Of a DNA stretch of 64,000 bases, positions 1 through 14,269 are shown piece after piece. Position numbers and translations under genes: made by a program. How positions within the stretch are numbered: position 1 is the stretch's first letter; each line of letters starts with the position of its first letter. Source of the DNA: Fimbriosthenelais zetlandica. Its lineage: Eukaryota. The stretch lies in NCBI GenBank assembly GCA_977030845.1, contig OZ365112.1, positions 23,684,001-23,748,000 on the forward strand. The letters run 5' to 3'. The notes beneath the pieces are model-generated. The model saw only the letters and a program-made list of their open reading frames with translations, was not told where the DNA came from and made no database searches.

Positions 1-3000
1 TTCTGTCCTTTGAAATTGGAAATTTACGAAAATCCGGAAGCTTAGGCACAGTCTACGAACAGCCGCAGCACTGACGGCAAGCACCACTATAACCAAGCAA
101 GGTAGTGGTGACAGTGTTGGTGGTTCTGGTGGTGGTGTTGGCCTTGGCAATGGCTTCAATGTTAAAGCAAGGGAGGTGCACCCCCACCCCCTTGCAAACC
201 CTGTGCAGACAGGCCCGGAGGTCTGATATATGCTCTCTCCTATATACAATAGCAATACTGTCTGTCCTGGCGCCATTGGTAGCATGCAGTGGCTGATGTC
301 AGTATGCAGCCTCCCCATCGCCTCGCCAATGTATCCCATCATATATAAAAGGCTGGGTGGTAGGTGAGTGATAAAGGGTGAAAGTGGCACACATCCCAGC
401 CCCAGGCCCCCACATCCACTCACATTTTCCCTGGCATATATATAGAGAGAAGAGGGAATTCTCAGGCCAATGCTTGCTTCTCTGGCAGTTGGCAGCACTG
501 TTGGCCACCCGCGTATATATAATAAGCCAACATCAAGACCTCCCAATACTGCCAGATTATTATCTCTAGCCATATGGTGGTCCTTTCCCCTGGTAGGCAT
601 AGAAACATATACATGTATACTAAAGATGTTTGGGTCATAGAAACAAGATGGTCCAGAGTCACTGCAGATGGTGGGCAGACATTTCAAGACAGGCAATTTA
701 TGTGTTAGAAAACACTGATGGTATGGAATGAATAATCCACCAACAAGCAATAGAACATGCCATCCTGCTGGGACCAAGAAGGAACAACAAGAGGAAGGAC
801 AAGAAGCCGACATAGTAACGCAAAGAACTTTGAACATATTATATGAACTTAATATTGCGTATATATATATATATCTCCTGATGATAAAATAAAATAAAAC
901 AAACCAAAATTACATATAACATTAATTACATATAAGCCCCAAACATGCACACTTGAGGCATAGAGGTCACAGACCTCTCTTTATACTTGCCATCAGACCT
1001 CAGAGACTTGCCATCAGGCCCAGGTCTTCCATGAACAAATTGCAAGCTCATTTCTAACTATTGATCTTCTGTTTGTGGACAGGTGTGATGCCACATGTCT
1101 TCAAACCAGACACGGCTGACAAACTCCACACTTTAATCCATCCCAAATTCCATCTAAATATTAAATAATTCTGTGGGTGCCTCTTATAAGTGTTCCAAGG
1201 TTGTGCATGAACTTGGTGTGCTCAATGTTCTGATGTCTTATGTCTGATGTCTGATGTCTTATCTCACATCGCATTGTTTTTCACTGATAAGAATGCCATT
1301 GCGTACAAATTCTGGTAGTTGTTTGTTTGAAATGAATACAGGCTTGAAGATGTGCCTGCATGGAGTTGTTTAGTTTATTGATTGCTGAGACCAGACATCG
1401 AACAAGATTATGAACATGTGCCCTCACTTTACTTCATAATGTTGTCAGTCTCACTGCTGACTTGTGGGTAGGGAATGGCCAATCTATAGATCAGCCGAGT
1501 CTTCTTTCAAGAGAATGCCTACCAGTGTTTTCTTGCCTTTTTCAGCCTCTCATGGCAGACGCCATAGGCTTAACCATGTTATACAAGGAGGGGTATATGT
1601 GAAGCATAACATCTAATATTCCCTCTGTTCACATTTCAACCAAATTAATGCATACATGAGGAACTGCGCAGGAGAGTGAAACTGTTATATGATCTGGCTG
1701 GTGCTTTTCTAGCCTTTTTGGGCCTCTCGGAGCTGTGGGAGACTATGAGACTGATCTATATGAGAGGCATCTTTCTATAGCTTGCACCACTAAGGACTAT
1801 GTGAACCAGTCTTTATAGCCGCTCTCCATATACTCCTCACAAGTAACCATAGCCAGTACTGTTGTACAACATCATACAGAACTCCTCCCGTGCTTCAGTA
1901 TACCACCTCCATCATGTCCGGGTGACGGCAGCGTGTCACTGCAGCCGTAACTCTGATCATATCCTCCTCCTACACATGGCAATATATATATATCGGAAAC
2001 TAACTCTATCACCTCCATACCCCTCAGTTCGCCACCGTTCCCACGTCTATGTAAGTGGGACAAAATCGAGCTGAGCAATTGATGTGCGAGAGGGGAGAGA
2101 AAGTTATAGACATGATATTTGAAACGCATTACAAAACCGTCTGTCTGCGCATTCACATTATATTATTATAGTGTACAGTTAAAGGATATTGCTCACTGAA
2201 GTCAGGTCCTTCTCCACACCCAAGGTAGATCGATTGCTTCAAATGAATTTCTAAATTAAATTAAAAGTATTTTCTCAAATCAATCAAGCTGTTTGTTTTG
2301 TAATTAGAATCATTAATACTCTTCCGTTTCTTCTTGCTCAATAGTGGGATTTGCCTTGATGGATTTGGTTGTGTCCAGTATTTTACCTACCTCATGTGAG
2401 CTGAAGATACCAAGAAGCTTCCAAACCCTTCGTCAGAGTTAATGCTAAACGGTTCTCTGAGTGGTTTTTCTGATCTATTCAGATATATATCATGGCATTA
2501 TCTGGAATATAGTCCGGTCAAAAAGGCAACACAGTTCCATGTAATAAGAACTTCCTTTCTCTACAGGCAGTAAACACATCTGGTACCCAGGATTTTATCG
2601 TTAAATGGTAATAATCCAGGGGGATGATTATAGGAAAGATGCACTACATTTATCTAAGGCTCAACAATGACTAACCTACTGTATTGTTGTCATGAAACAG
2701 GACCCTGTGCATTCTGCTCAGGCTCAGGCTGCTATAGCAATGATAATACCTAGAAGGCACTCACAAAATCTTGCACGTGGGAGGTACAACGACGCGATAT
2801 GAATTACCATAATGCATCCACCTTCTATAGGCATGTAATGCAATAGGTCATTAAGGATATAGTTTGGATTCAAATGTACATATCACTTTCTGTACTCTAC
2901 AATTGCTGCCAGCCAACGATATAACATGGTCTGCATCATCATGGAATGCAAATTTCCGTTGGTCCTCAAATGCTTGTAAGCTTATACCCTTGGTTGATCA

Positions 3001-6000
3001 ATACCACATTGATCAATCCTAGATTGATCAATACATTATTATCAAAGTTCCACCCAGCCGGAGGATTGTAGTGATTTAGAGCTATATTGACTTCGTTATA
3101 AAGTTGTTGTTGTCGTTCTCGTCTGGGGTACAATTTCGCATGAATAACTATTTTCTGTTGGTGTAAAGATCTTGATTTGCCATCCCCTCATTCTTGTTGC
3201 TCAAGTTCTGCTTGGGGGGCTATATTGCATGCCACAGTCTGCCTGTACTTAGCAACTGGTGCCAACTCAGACAAAGGGATTAGATAATGGGACTTAATTA
3301 AAATGGACCAGTTCAAATGATCAAGCAGGAATCAGAAAGTTGTCTGACACTGTACATTTCTTGTATACCCAAAGGGATCCACTACGACTAGTCCAACTCA
3401 CGCTTTCTTTGTCGATATACAGGCAGGAGCTTTAGTTCGTGTCTGTGAGCCATATACACCACGCTTTATTTACCAAATCATGAATTATTGACAGAGATGG
3501 TAGAATTAAACGAGAACAGCGAGTTTGCGAGCAGTCCAACCTTTGTCTGGCATGGAAGGGTTGAATATATGTGCAACCTACGGTTAATCTTTCAAGTGAG
3601 TTGTCATATGGAATAATTTGAACATCCATAGATATCAACTTGCTTATTTTAACCCATGGATAAAGACAACTTTATCCTTTAGATCATATAAACATTAGTT
3701 CGTTTGCCACAAAGGCAAAATACAATAAATTGCTTGGAAACAATTATTGCATGACCAAATGGGTTCCCGTTCACATTTCCTCTTCCTGTACGGCCTCTAA
3801 ATCATAGGTTCATTATAAGAGAAGATTAAATGAAGATGAAGTATGTAATAGTCGTAACATGGGGTCAATTTATCAAAGCCATACCCTGTTGCAAACAATA
3901 TATTGATAGAACTACTGATCTTTCAGAATCCATTATCATCAACAGTATGGTACACTTCCAGACATAATATGTCGTTTTCAGTACCGGGATACCTTTGCTC
4001 TTCGAAGCATATTACCATCATGATAAAAAAAAAGATCGTCTTCAACCTCTCTCGGATGTAAACTGTTAACTAGTCAAATTATAACATTTGTTGCAACAAC
4101 TCCTGCAATGATATGCAGGAGATAAAACAGTCCCAACAGTTAAATGATTGCGATGACAGTAATGCGCATGCTCGGTCCAGCCACTCGGCAGGATTTCAAA
4201 AAGGGGCGATATGTTTCAGTCATATTGGGATCAGGCTTCACATGGACAATGGAGAGAGCTCGAGTTTCATAAACTTCTATTCAGGGCGTAACAATATCCT
4301 CATGTTTGTCAGGCAAAATGTGTGCACCATTCGTATAGGCATATGTTGATACAAGGTTTTTAATTCTCACCAACAATGCAAACCAAGAACATTTTCTTTT
4401 CTAGCCATTGTACTGTATATGCAGGCATTTGCTACATATTGAATTCATTGCCAGAATCAGTCAAGCCAGGAAATAAATGTCTTTAACTTCCCAACTAAAT
4501 AGACATGAACCCTAGCAACTGACAAAGCATGCACTCATTGGATTTCAGTGTGCTAGGTGTATGACGAAAGATATGTGCGTCCTGGGATAAATATATTTCC
4601 ACAGATCCCAATATAAATCCACAGTTTGCCTAGCAAGGATGCCATAAGCATCTCAGGATGGCAATGCTCTCATGGGCTTAATACCATGATTAATAATGCG
4701 GCGAGGAGGGACTGAAAGAGAAAGAGAGGATATGAGGATATGCAGCTAGGGTGTGACTGGAGGACGATGTTGCATGGGAAAGGCAGTGGTCCATGTGATA
4801 AGCTGGGATCTCACTACCTTTATCACGACACAGCAGAATACCATGAACAAGCGTTTGATATTAGTTTTATGAATTATTTCTCCATAGATCATGACTTATG
4901 AGTTTCGATCGTATCACCAGTGATATGATTGTTGTTCCTCATTCAGTGAGATGAATGATCTCTATGCATGTCCGCATCAATATCCGGGTTGCTCCCATCC
5001 CAATTTGGTTTCCCATTATTTGCCTTGGTCAGGAATATCACATTTCAATTTCCCTCTCCATGAAAAGGCAATAGGAAATACAGGCAGGAGCCAATGTAAG
5101 ATTGATGTAGAATGTAGCACAGAGCTGCGATCATGCTTTTAGAAATATGAATCTCACTCACAACTCACTCTCCCCTTGCGTGATCAGTAAATGGCCATCA
5201 AGGTAAAATACCTCTAACCAAAAAAGCATCCAGGATGATGTCATAAAAAAATGATCAAAATAGGAACATGTATGCATACGAATGATGTGGTACAACGGAC
5301 AACAAATGACTGAGATGTATGGAGTCACAAAAACATGTGATTGAGAGGGAATGAGTTATGACAAACAAAAGAATATTCCACAGAGGACAGGACATGAATT
5401 TCCCAGGAACAATTTCCTACATCAAGTTCATTAAGATGTGCATCATTTATATGGCAATCCATATATGCATAGATTTGTCAGATAGATGATTTATACTGCT
5501 AGAGCTGAGACATTCCATTGGTACCTTCATAGAGATTTATTTGAATTTAGCCAAATAGTCTAATGAAAATGATTCCGTCACCTCAACTACTGAAAGAATT
5601 GTAATAAGCAGCCTTGGTATAGCTATAGGAATGGAAGCGATCTAGTTGTGTGGCAACGAGTGATGCGATTTGGCAGAACCATGACATAGATCTAACATAC
5701 ATGCATGTACAGTTATCTGAAAGGGCAGAAATTTTATGGGATCGGCTAAAGCATGTATGCATACATGCATAAAAGAGGCCCTGTAGTGGGGAATTAATCT
5801 CCTAATCAGCTTTGGGTCTCTATTAATATGTTCATGTTTCGGTGTTAAAGTAAGGATCCGTAACCTTTGTGCGTTAATGAAGTAGAGGCAGTTTTACTGA
5901 AAAACGCTTTCCCCTATTAGAAAGATTTGCTACCATCAGCGCCTTGCAGAGCAGACGCGATGAAAACATGTGGGCGTCAGATTGACCACAAATTGCAATT

Positions 6001-8572
6001 GTTATAGAAATCTTTCCTCGGTGGGGGAAGTGCACTGTGATGGCAAGTGTTCAATACCAAGTTATTTATTCCCAATATTGCCAGCTGATACTCCCAACAA
6101 CCTTTGAGCATGGGGGTTGAACACTGGGCAAGGTGTGGAGATGAGTCATCAATATGATGCCATCATTTTATAATGCCAATCATAGTCCTCACTCAAATGC
6201 ATCTGGGTTCCATCTCACATTAAAAAGTATGGATTCTGTATATACAGAATGGCATAATTATGAGGTCCATATGTTCAATATCATACATCGTAGAGCAAGT
6301 CTTCTGCAGACAGTATGTGTGATGTTAAAATAGTCTCAGCCTATCTAAGCCATGGAGAGACCTTTGCTTCTATTTATAGCTTAAAGGGGCAACCACCAGA
6401 AGCAGGACCAGAAGGCAATCGATGTTTCTGGGTCTGGGAGTAAGGAAAAAAGCTTTCACCCTTATCCCTCTACTCTAGCCTCCCAGCTCGGGCCTTGCAA
6501 ATAGCCAGAGGTTGGAGGTTCTCTATCTGGGCCATCAAGACGCTATTGGAGATTGGTTTAGACCTTATTGAGTTGCCAGCCTGCACACTGGGTCAGCTAA
6601 GGTATCGAACTCTTCCCCATTTAGGCTAAATTAGGCAAGGGCTCTGAATATTTTCAGCACAGTCATGGTCTTCTCCAATCATATAATTTGGGTCTGTAAG
6701 GATAAGAGAGACGGAGTGAAAGTGTGTGTGAGAGAGGAGGTGGGGGATCTTAGAAGAACGATGAGGGATGGGATCACTACCACCCACGCACTACATACTG
6801 ACCTGGCACCTTTGTGCCGGTCGCTCCTACCATGTCTTGCAGGCTGCCTCGTGCAAGTAGAAAGCTCTGGATTGCTTACCATATGGAAGTCTGAACAACC
6901 AAGGAGGAAATTGATTAACCATCTAAACGTTTCTCGTCCAAATCTTCAGAAATAAACCAAATGTGGAGATAACAATAGATCCCTATAGTTCAAATGGTCT
7001 CTCTTCAAGGGTGTTGATGTGTTCATCAAATGTATTGCTACAACGTCAGATGAACAGAGCGATGAACAGAGAGATGAATTTCAAAAGGGAAAGTCTGAAA
7101 GTACTGAACATTAAAACACTTGGCATTGAAATGTATCACATTGAACTCTTTGAGCTCATTATCTGTTTAGACTGAATTTCATCGGTAATGATGAATGGAT
7201 TCCTTTATCTGATCCAAAAGAGCATCTTCAAAATGGCAATGGGCATGGTTTATAACGCCCGGAAGATGAACTATCAACTTTGTAGACCTTATTAAGCTCC
7301 TGGCCAACAGAAGCTGCATCAAAAGTTCACAGTTCATCCTTAGGTTTAATGCTCTTACTCAAAATCCGATCTAAAACCTCAATATAGCCATCAAAATTGT
7401 AAAGATGGCCTTAATTCCCAACAGGAGTAACGTTAATGGCTTTTAAGTAGACTTAATGCCACAGCATTATCCCTGGATCCTCATCAGATGAGTGGGAGGA
7501 AAATGCTGTAATCTGCAGCTAGGTAAATAAGGAAAGTGTTCTGGACGCGGGATGGAGGCTGCCGCATCAGGTCCAGGGGCAGGAAAGGGGTGAAAGTATT
7601 CATCATGATATCACATGTACGGAGGCAAGGATTCCCTGACACTTTGCCAAAGTCGGGAGCGAACAGTGAGGTTATCAGCAACTTAGACTGCCAGGCCATG
7701 TTGGTGATAACATGAAAGGGCACCTCCACCGCCCTCTATCCAACAATAACATGAGGCCTTTAAATAAGAAAAAACTCTCAGTGCCACTACATCATAGCCA
7801 CCGCTCAGTCTAGACAGATCACGGAGCGCAATCATTGCTCAGTTTTTCGATTGAAGCTATCGCTTTAAATCCAGACTCATGAAAGCAGCTCATGCATAAA
7901 ATAGATGTTTTGAAAAGCTATCCATTTTACTTGCATAAATACAGCACTTTGCTGAAACTATAGTTATTCCTAAATAAAAATCCCATTTCGACAGCGGGTA
8001 CGGGTTCATGTGCAGAACCTGGAAACCAATAATTTATCGCATAAAGTCTGTTACCGCCGGTCACATGTATACATGGTCTATGAAAACACATTTTCAGTGA
8101 ATTAAATGAAAAGGAACTTTTCACATGCCAGTAATTCCAGAATAGGCAGTGCAACCCAGAGATATTTATAGACCAGATTCTGGGTCTCATTGTATATAAA
8201 GATAGTCAAACATTTCTTGTCAGTTTGTATAGACAAATTGAGAAGTCTTACAGCTGACATGTGGTGCCGGGATTCATCATTGATTGCATGTATCTCGTCG
8301 TGGAGTAAAGTTGGAAGTATTTTTCAGACCAGTAGGTGTACACACATACCGCCTACTTCTGAGAAAAATCCTCTCCTCAACCTTCCACCACACGTCAAAG
8401 TGGGATTCACACTTCTTTGCTTTACTACAATCTCAAGCTTGAGGTTAAGGGTCAGCCTCAGAGTAAATCCAGCTTAAGTCGAAGCATTGTCGCAAAACAA
8501 TCGATACATATCATAGAAGGCATCACCCACCATATATAAATAAATTATTAATTGCTTTCTATAATTCTATAT

Positions 8573-8682
8573 TTAGTCGAGTGATCCAATTTCACAGGCA
8601 TTAACACAGAACTGGACGAACCACAACCCACAATCTTTTTCCTCGTCATACTCCACTTTTTCATCAGCATTTTGATTCAAAT
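8573..8682 (-). CDS. Candidate terminal exon of an unidentified minus-strand gene
   Basis: ctcgctcccag|ATTTG... In phase 1 it joins the 9143-9102 exon in frame: (D)LNQNADEKVEYDEEKDCGLWFVQFCVNACEIGSLD*. The acceptor is weak and no homology was recognised. Confidence 0.28.
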
Positions 8683-9101
8683 CTGGGAGCGAGTTATGTT
8701 TGATTATGATGTGAGGACAATGGAATAACTGATATAACGATCCTCGCATGATCCTCACCAATCATGGCGAGGATAGCGTCTGGCTGACATGAAGGGAAAC
8801 TAGAGAGACTTTGATTGATAAACCTTCAACATGATAACATTACTGAGGCTGGTGAATGCGAGGAGATATTGAGAAAAAAATATTATTCAACCATAAAGAA
8901 TCACCCTCACATTAAAACAGATGTACAAACTGAGGACGGAAATGAGGATTAGTGATGGCCTTTAGGAACGGCTCGGTAGCGTTCATGCCAATTTCACATT
9001 ACAATGTGAATTATGAAGCTGAGAATGGTAATAACGTGAAAGGTTTAAACATTCCCAAGATTGCCTGGTTGTTACGTAGAGAAGTTAAAACGCCAACTTA
9101 C

Positions 9102-9143
9102 CAGCTGTAGGTGGTTGAATGATACCGTCATCTCGGTACTTAC
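9102..9143 (-). other. 42-nt exon candidate whose acceptor is fused to a perfect donor (recursive splice site / RS-exon-like)
   Basis: Minus strand reads cttctttttatttccgtag|GTAAGTACCGAGATGACGGTATCATTCAACCACCTACAGCTG|gtaagt. Open in phase 1-1 (xKYRDDGIIQPPTA) and phase 0-0 (VSTEMTVSFNHLQL). Confidence 0.5.
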
Positions 9144-9712
9144 CTACGGAAATAAAAAGAAGATATGTCAGACATTTGATTTCACGAAGATGTAATTCCA
9201 ATATTAGACCTTACTGGTCAATTTCTAATATAACTGAAGGCTATGCAACTATTTAGGCCACGCATTGGAAATTCAACATCGGGAATTCTCTCAAAGGATT
9301 TGGTTGAGCATCCGACAGAAATTGCACAGAGTTATCGAAACATCTAACCATACTCGAAAAACGCTTGGTTCTCAAAACGCAAAAAAGTATTATTCAAACA
9401 TGTGTTTTTAAATCAGTGTATCATAGATGACCTTATTGACTTGTAAACTCATACATATATGCCCCATGTAATCATACAATCTGTTTTTCTCATGAAGCAA
9501 ACTAACCCCTGCTTGAATCGGTTAAGCAAAACAGTAAAACAGCTTGTTGCCCTGCTAGAAGTTTTTAAAAAAGTTGCCTGTCATCGGAGAGGTTTGTATT
9601 CATCGCATATTGTGTGGGGTAATCCACTGCTAGCTTATTCCCCGTCGCCTCCATGGGAGTCGACTTTTCTACCCCCCTAATCCGCCACACTAAGTCCCTA
9701 CCGACTACCCAT

Positions 9713-9745
9713 CACACACACACACACACACACCCACACATACAC
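9713..9745. repeat. (CA)n microsatellite
   Basis: (CA)10 followed by a degenerate tail. Confidence 0.9.
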
Positions 9746-10599
9746 CCTGAGCTATATTTACTAGAGGGTTGGATCAAAAATACTTCATGTATACATGTAT
9801 GCTGCACTGTTCACCTACATATACCCATGCTGCGATCCACCTCTACCTACTACCCAACATCTTCTATACCTCTCTTCCACTTTTCTCTTTTTCTCGCTGT
9901 TGATTTTTCTACGTGTACTCGCTTCTTATACACAGATGTTGATGAGTGTAAAACAATATATTGGCCATCCAGACGACCATTACCCCGCCCTCTGTCAGCA
10001 CTCCATGTCAAAGATTACCCCTGTCATGGAGGGGCAGTGAGTATGATTGATCCATCATGGGGTCCCCCACTAAATGGTTGACTGGTGGCTAAGCACTTGG
10101 GGTGATAGAAAGATGATGGCAATGTGTGCTTTATGATGAGTTATCACGCTTTTTGTTAATGAAGTTCACATGTAGAACTACGTCATATTGATGAGAAGCT
10201 CGCTGCACTGGGATTTGATGCCATAAATAAAATGGACAGCCTTTGTGGATGGATTAAAGTAGGGTGTGGACGATGACGAACTTTGTCTCTTACAGGGATG
10301 GCATGTTCAGACAGTTTCTGGTGTCCAGATAATGGACAGACCGAAAATTCGTCACTATCAGATTCTCTGGATGTAGGTTTCAAAATATCCATCTGCTGAT
10401 CAATAATTATTCAGTTATCTTTCTGTTGTTATAGAAAAAATACGAATTATACATGTGAAAACAGGTTTATAGTGCATGAACATTACAATATACTTGGCGA
10501 AACTAAATTGGCGCTTCATTTGGGAAAACATACTAATATAGAAGGCGTGGTACCAAGTGTATAGCACAATAGATTACTATTTATTGCCATTGTTTGCCA

Positions 10600-13000
10600 T
10601 TGCAGAATGCTATCGCAGGCGATACCCTCCCAGAGGCATTCTGATCCAGTGCCTAATCCAATTTCAAGTGTGTAGATTCAAGATCTCTGTTTGCTTCATT
10701 AGATTTTCCATTGCTTTCTGGTTCGAAATTACTGTGTTTGAAGTGGGTGATCTGCACAGATTCATCCGTACAATAAGCTGGGGAAATCTCCAAGATGGGA
10801 TCAAATCAACCCCTTGGGTGTAATGCCAGAACAGACGGGTTGGCTTCAAAGCACAAGAAATCGCATCCAAAGGGACTGATCCTCCACATAATGGACAAGT
10901 GCCTGTCAAAACCCATTTTTCACTGAAGCTATGCTTTGCAGGGAACGGCTTGTGAAGACTGTGATTCGATGGATTCAAGAATGGGCCTGATTGGGCCACT
11001 GGTGTTATAGGATCACTTTCAGAGTATCTGGGACAATGAGCTCAGGGTATCAAGCATGAGGCTACAACCCTTGGGGATGTACCAGTGCTGCCTTGACTTC
11101 GTACAGCCTCGGGTTTATTGGTAATTTGAGGCCATTCAACCCATGTTGACCTGCTTGTATAACATGTTGACCTTTACCTATCCATGCTCAGCCCAAATGG
11201 CGTGGAAGGGCTCCAGAATCAGCTTCTAGCCTTTCCAAACTGACTAAGTTATATCTATTAAATTACCAATCACTGTGATGACGTGCTCTTGGCAAGCATC
11301 CTAAGCTTATTTACGTTAAAGGGTTCCTTTGGAAGGAGACTAGAAGCTTATGATGCTTACACAGAAATCATCTCTCGATACTTAAGTTGAAATTTTGGGG
11401 TGTACTGCATCCAGAGATCGTGATAAGGTGAACCTACACCCTATCTGGTGCCTGAGTAACCATATACAGCACTACTATGAATAATACAATACATGGTATT
11501 AGCAGGTAAATTTCCATATTAGTTTTGAAATTAAAGTATTGATATTCTCTTCCATTCAGAAGGCAATTCGAACTGTGGCACAACTTGTTCAGCTGGCCAA
11601 TTTTGCTAAATACATCAGAACGATGCAGTTGGGAGCAAAGATCAGGATATGTACATTGATCGGGTGTATGCAGAAAACCAATCTCCTATGTTCCCTGGGG
11701 ACTACTTGTATGTTCTGATCACAGTGAGGGCTGTCCCCGAGGCCTTCAATATCTGTCATGTTAGAGTGCCTATAGTGTCCATCAATAATGACCTGGGACT
11801 GGAGGGAAGTAAGGGTCTGTACGTACTGTATATAAGTATACTCTAAGACCCTCCAAAATGTTGGACTGGGCAGCCGCCCTCTGATACAACTGATATCCAC
11901 CTTGAAATAATAGGGCATCCCTGAGCCGCAGAATAGTTACAGTACGTTAGCTTATACAAGTTCGTAGTGCATGGTTGCTTTAAAGCTCAGGTCCTTGTCT
12001 ATAGAGTGAAAAGGAGATTGCCCCAACTATTTAGGAAACTTGGCAGCAAGAACAACACTACAACTACTGTATTCTGTCCTAGGATTTAGAAAGCATTCTC
12101 CTCCCCTGAATCAGATCTGACTGTTCACAGAGTCCAAATGGCTAATGATGTTGATAGGCCAGAAGAACACCTTGCAGTCACATCATCCCAGCACAATCCT
12201 ACCATCAATAAATAAGTAGGCCTGGACCCCAAGCAAAAGCCAAACTCCCACCTCAGTTCCAAGGTGGCTCTTTGCTGGCCAGCTGCAATGCTGTTGTAAT
12301 GGATATTTACTGGGTCAAGATTGATAAATATAGAAACCTAGCGAAAAGAAATCGTCCGTGCTCCAAGATTGTATGGCTGAAAGCACGATATAATAATTCT
12401 CGTCACGATGAGGACCCTTTTGAAAAGAAAATATAAACGTATTGAGGAGAAAAGGCTTCATGATACAGTAGCCCCAAGCATGCATGCTAACACAATCAAG
12501 GAGCAACACAAAAAGCAGTATTAATATCACTTGCCCCAGTTGGTTGCGAGAAGAAAAGGCGAGGTTCAGGCTTTGACTTGAACCTTTCCAACTCAACACA
12601 ATGACTTTTCCTGGTCATGCTCCTTGCGGCTACATTCTTTAATCTATTTTAAGGAACAGCACTCCCACTTGTGGGAGGATCGTAAACATCAGATTCTAAT
12701 CCTGTTGGCTCTCCTGGTCTGTTTTAGCCCGAGGAATCTCCCTGGGGAGCCAGTGATAAGAGGTTGTGTCCTTGTACACCGACTGTAAGTAATCCTTCAC
12801 TATCAGTAATTGCATTTACTGGGTTTGTAATTGTCATCCTGTCGCAAGCGATGGCAGGGGGCATCTGGTTGTAGAAGTAGTAAAGTTAAATTGGACATGA
12901 TACATTGTCATTGTCAACTTAAAAAGCTTGCTGAGGGAATTCGGCAGGGTGTGGAAGGTCTTTTGGTTTGCAGCTGATGAGATCATATTATGAAATCGAT
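10600..13000 (-). mobile_element. Heavily decayed Ty3/Gypsy LTR retrotransposon pol remnant (RT-RNaseH-integrase)
   Basis: Degenerate motifs occur in Gypsy order across frameshifts and stops. RT: NPVNAITDSEG, DYLQSVYKDTTSYHWLP, LFLKID. Connection: LQLASKEPPWN*G. RNaseH: SFSLYRQGPEL*SNH...RDALLFQGGYQLYQ...SNILEGL. Integrase: QHWYIPKG, WRFPQLIVRMN, HFKHSNFEPESNGK. Boundaries approximate. Confidence 0.55.
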
Positions 13001-14269
13001 AAAACGAAACAAATCAAGAAAAATCTCGGGACCACCAACTAGCATGAGCTTAAAATAGCTGGACAGGTTCTTACTCTTTCTCCAAAGCTGGCATCATTGA
13101 AATGTAAGGAGAAACAACATATTGACTGCTAGTACCGGTATCCCGGAGCTTTGATAACCGGTTTTATTCGTGACATGTACTCATTAGCTGAGACAGTTGG
13201 TTGTTGATGGGGCAACAGTCAAATACTTCCCACCATTCAAACTATGAATATTTTATAATTTACTCTAGTTTGTCTTCCAAGACAGTCTGCCGAAACCTTA
13301 CTCAGTTTTCGCTTGTCTGGTCACTGTCTGGCCTCGATATTCCATTACTTGAATCATTTATAAACACAAAGACAATTAAATGTGCTGATAGACAGCAATA
13401 ATTATTAGTTATTAGGTAAATCAGTAGTTATGAAGATGGATTAGGCAAAGGCAATTAAGGTGTGCTCAGTGACAACCACAGACGCCTGCTTATACAGTCC
13501 TGCATAACAGCATAGCTCTCATTACGACGGCACAAATCTTGACCCTTAACAAGCAGTAAATTACTGCTCTGTTTTCAGATATGCTGTCATTTCCACCAGA
13601 GCACCATATTTTTCAGCCATGGCAAAAGATTTCTGATTGCAATGAACACATCTTTGACGTTTTCCAGATAATCTCTTCATCTGTTATCTGTGAAGGGGCA
13701 CCACTCCCTTCACCCCTGTCCCAACCCGCATGGAGATGTCCAAACATTAAACAGTTAAACTTGTGTGATTAATTAGGGAATAAACGGGACGTGTTTACAT
13801 CTTGATCCCCTGGATAAAGCACATGCAACCTGAAGACTTAAGAATGTCCAATCAGTCAGCGGTGCGGAGTCGAGTTTCCCAGATGATGCATCGTGACTGC
13901 ACCACTTACTGGCTTATCTGCCGACCTCTATCTTTAATAATTCACTGGCAGGGTTTATTAAAGTGATGTCTGGGATAAGTGAGGCTGTTTTGTAAGATAC
14001 GAGGGGTAGACATGCACCCAAAGGAAAAGTAGTTGTCTTAGCAACCGCAAATGGAAGCTAAGTGCCACTTACAGCGACCACAATTAAAAGGACGTCGGTT
14101 TCTCCACACCTCGTAAAGATATCAAATTAAATAGGCATTGTAATCAACAGTCCGACTTGGTGTTAACAATAATTATCTAATTGAAAGACTTAGCTTCTCT
14201 CCACTATCAAAGCCTCTTTCAGACCATTGAAATCTAAGGTCGTTGTCTCTACGGTCAGCTAACTCTAGA

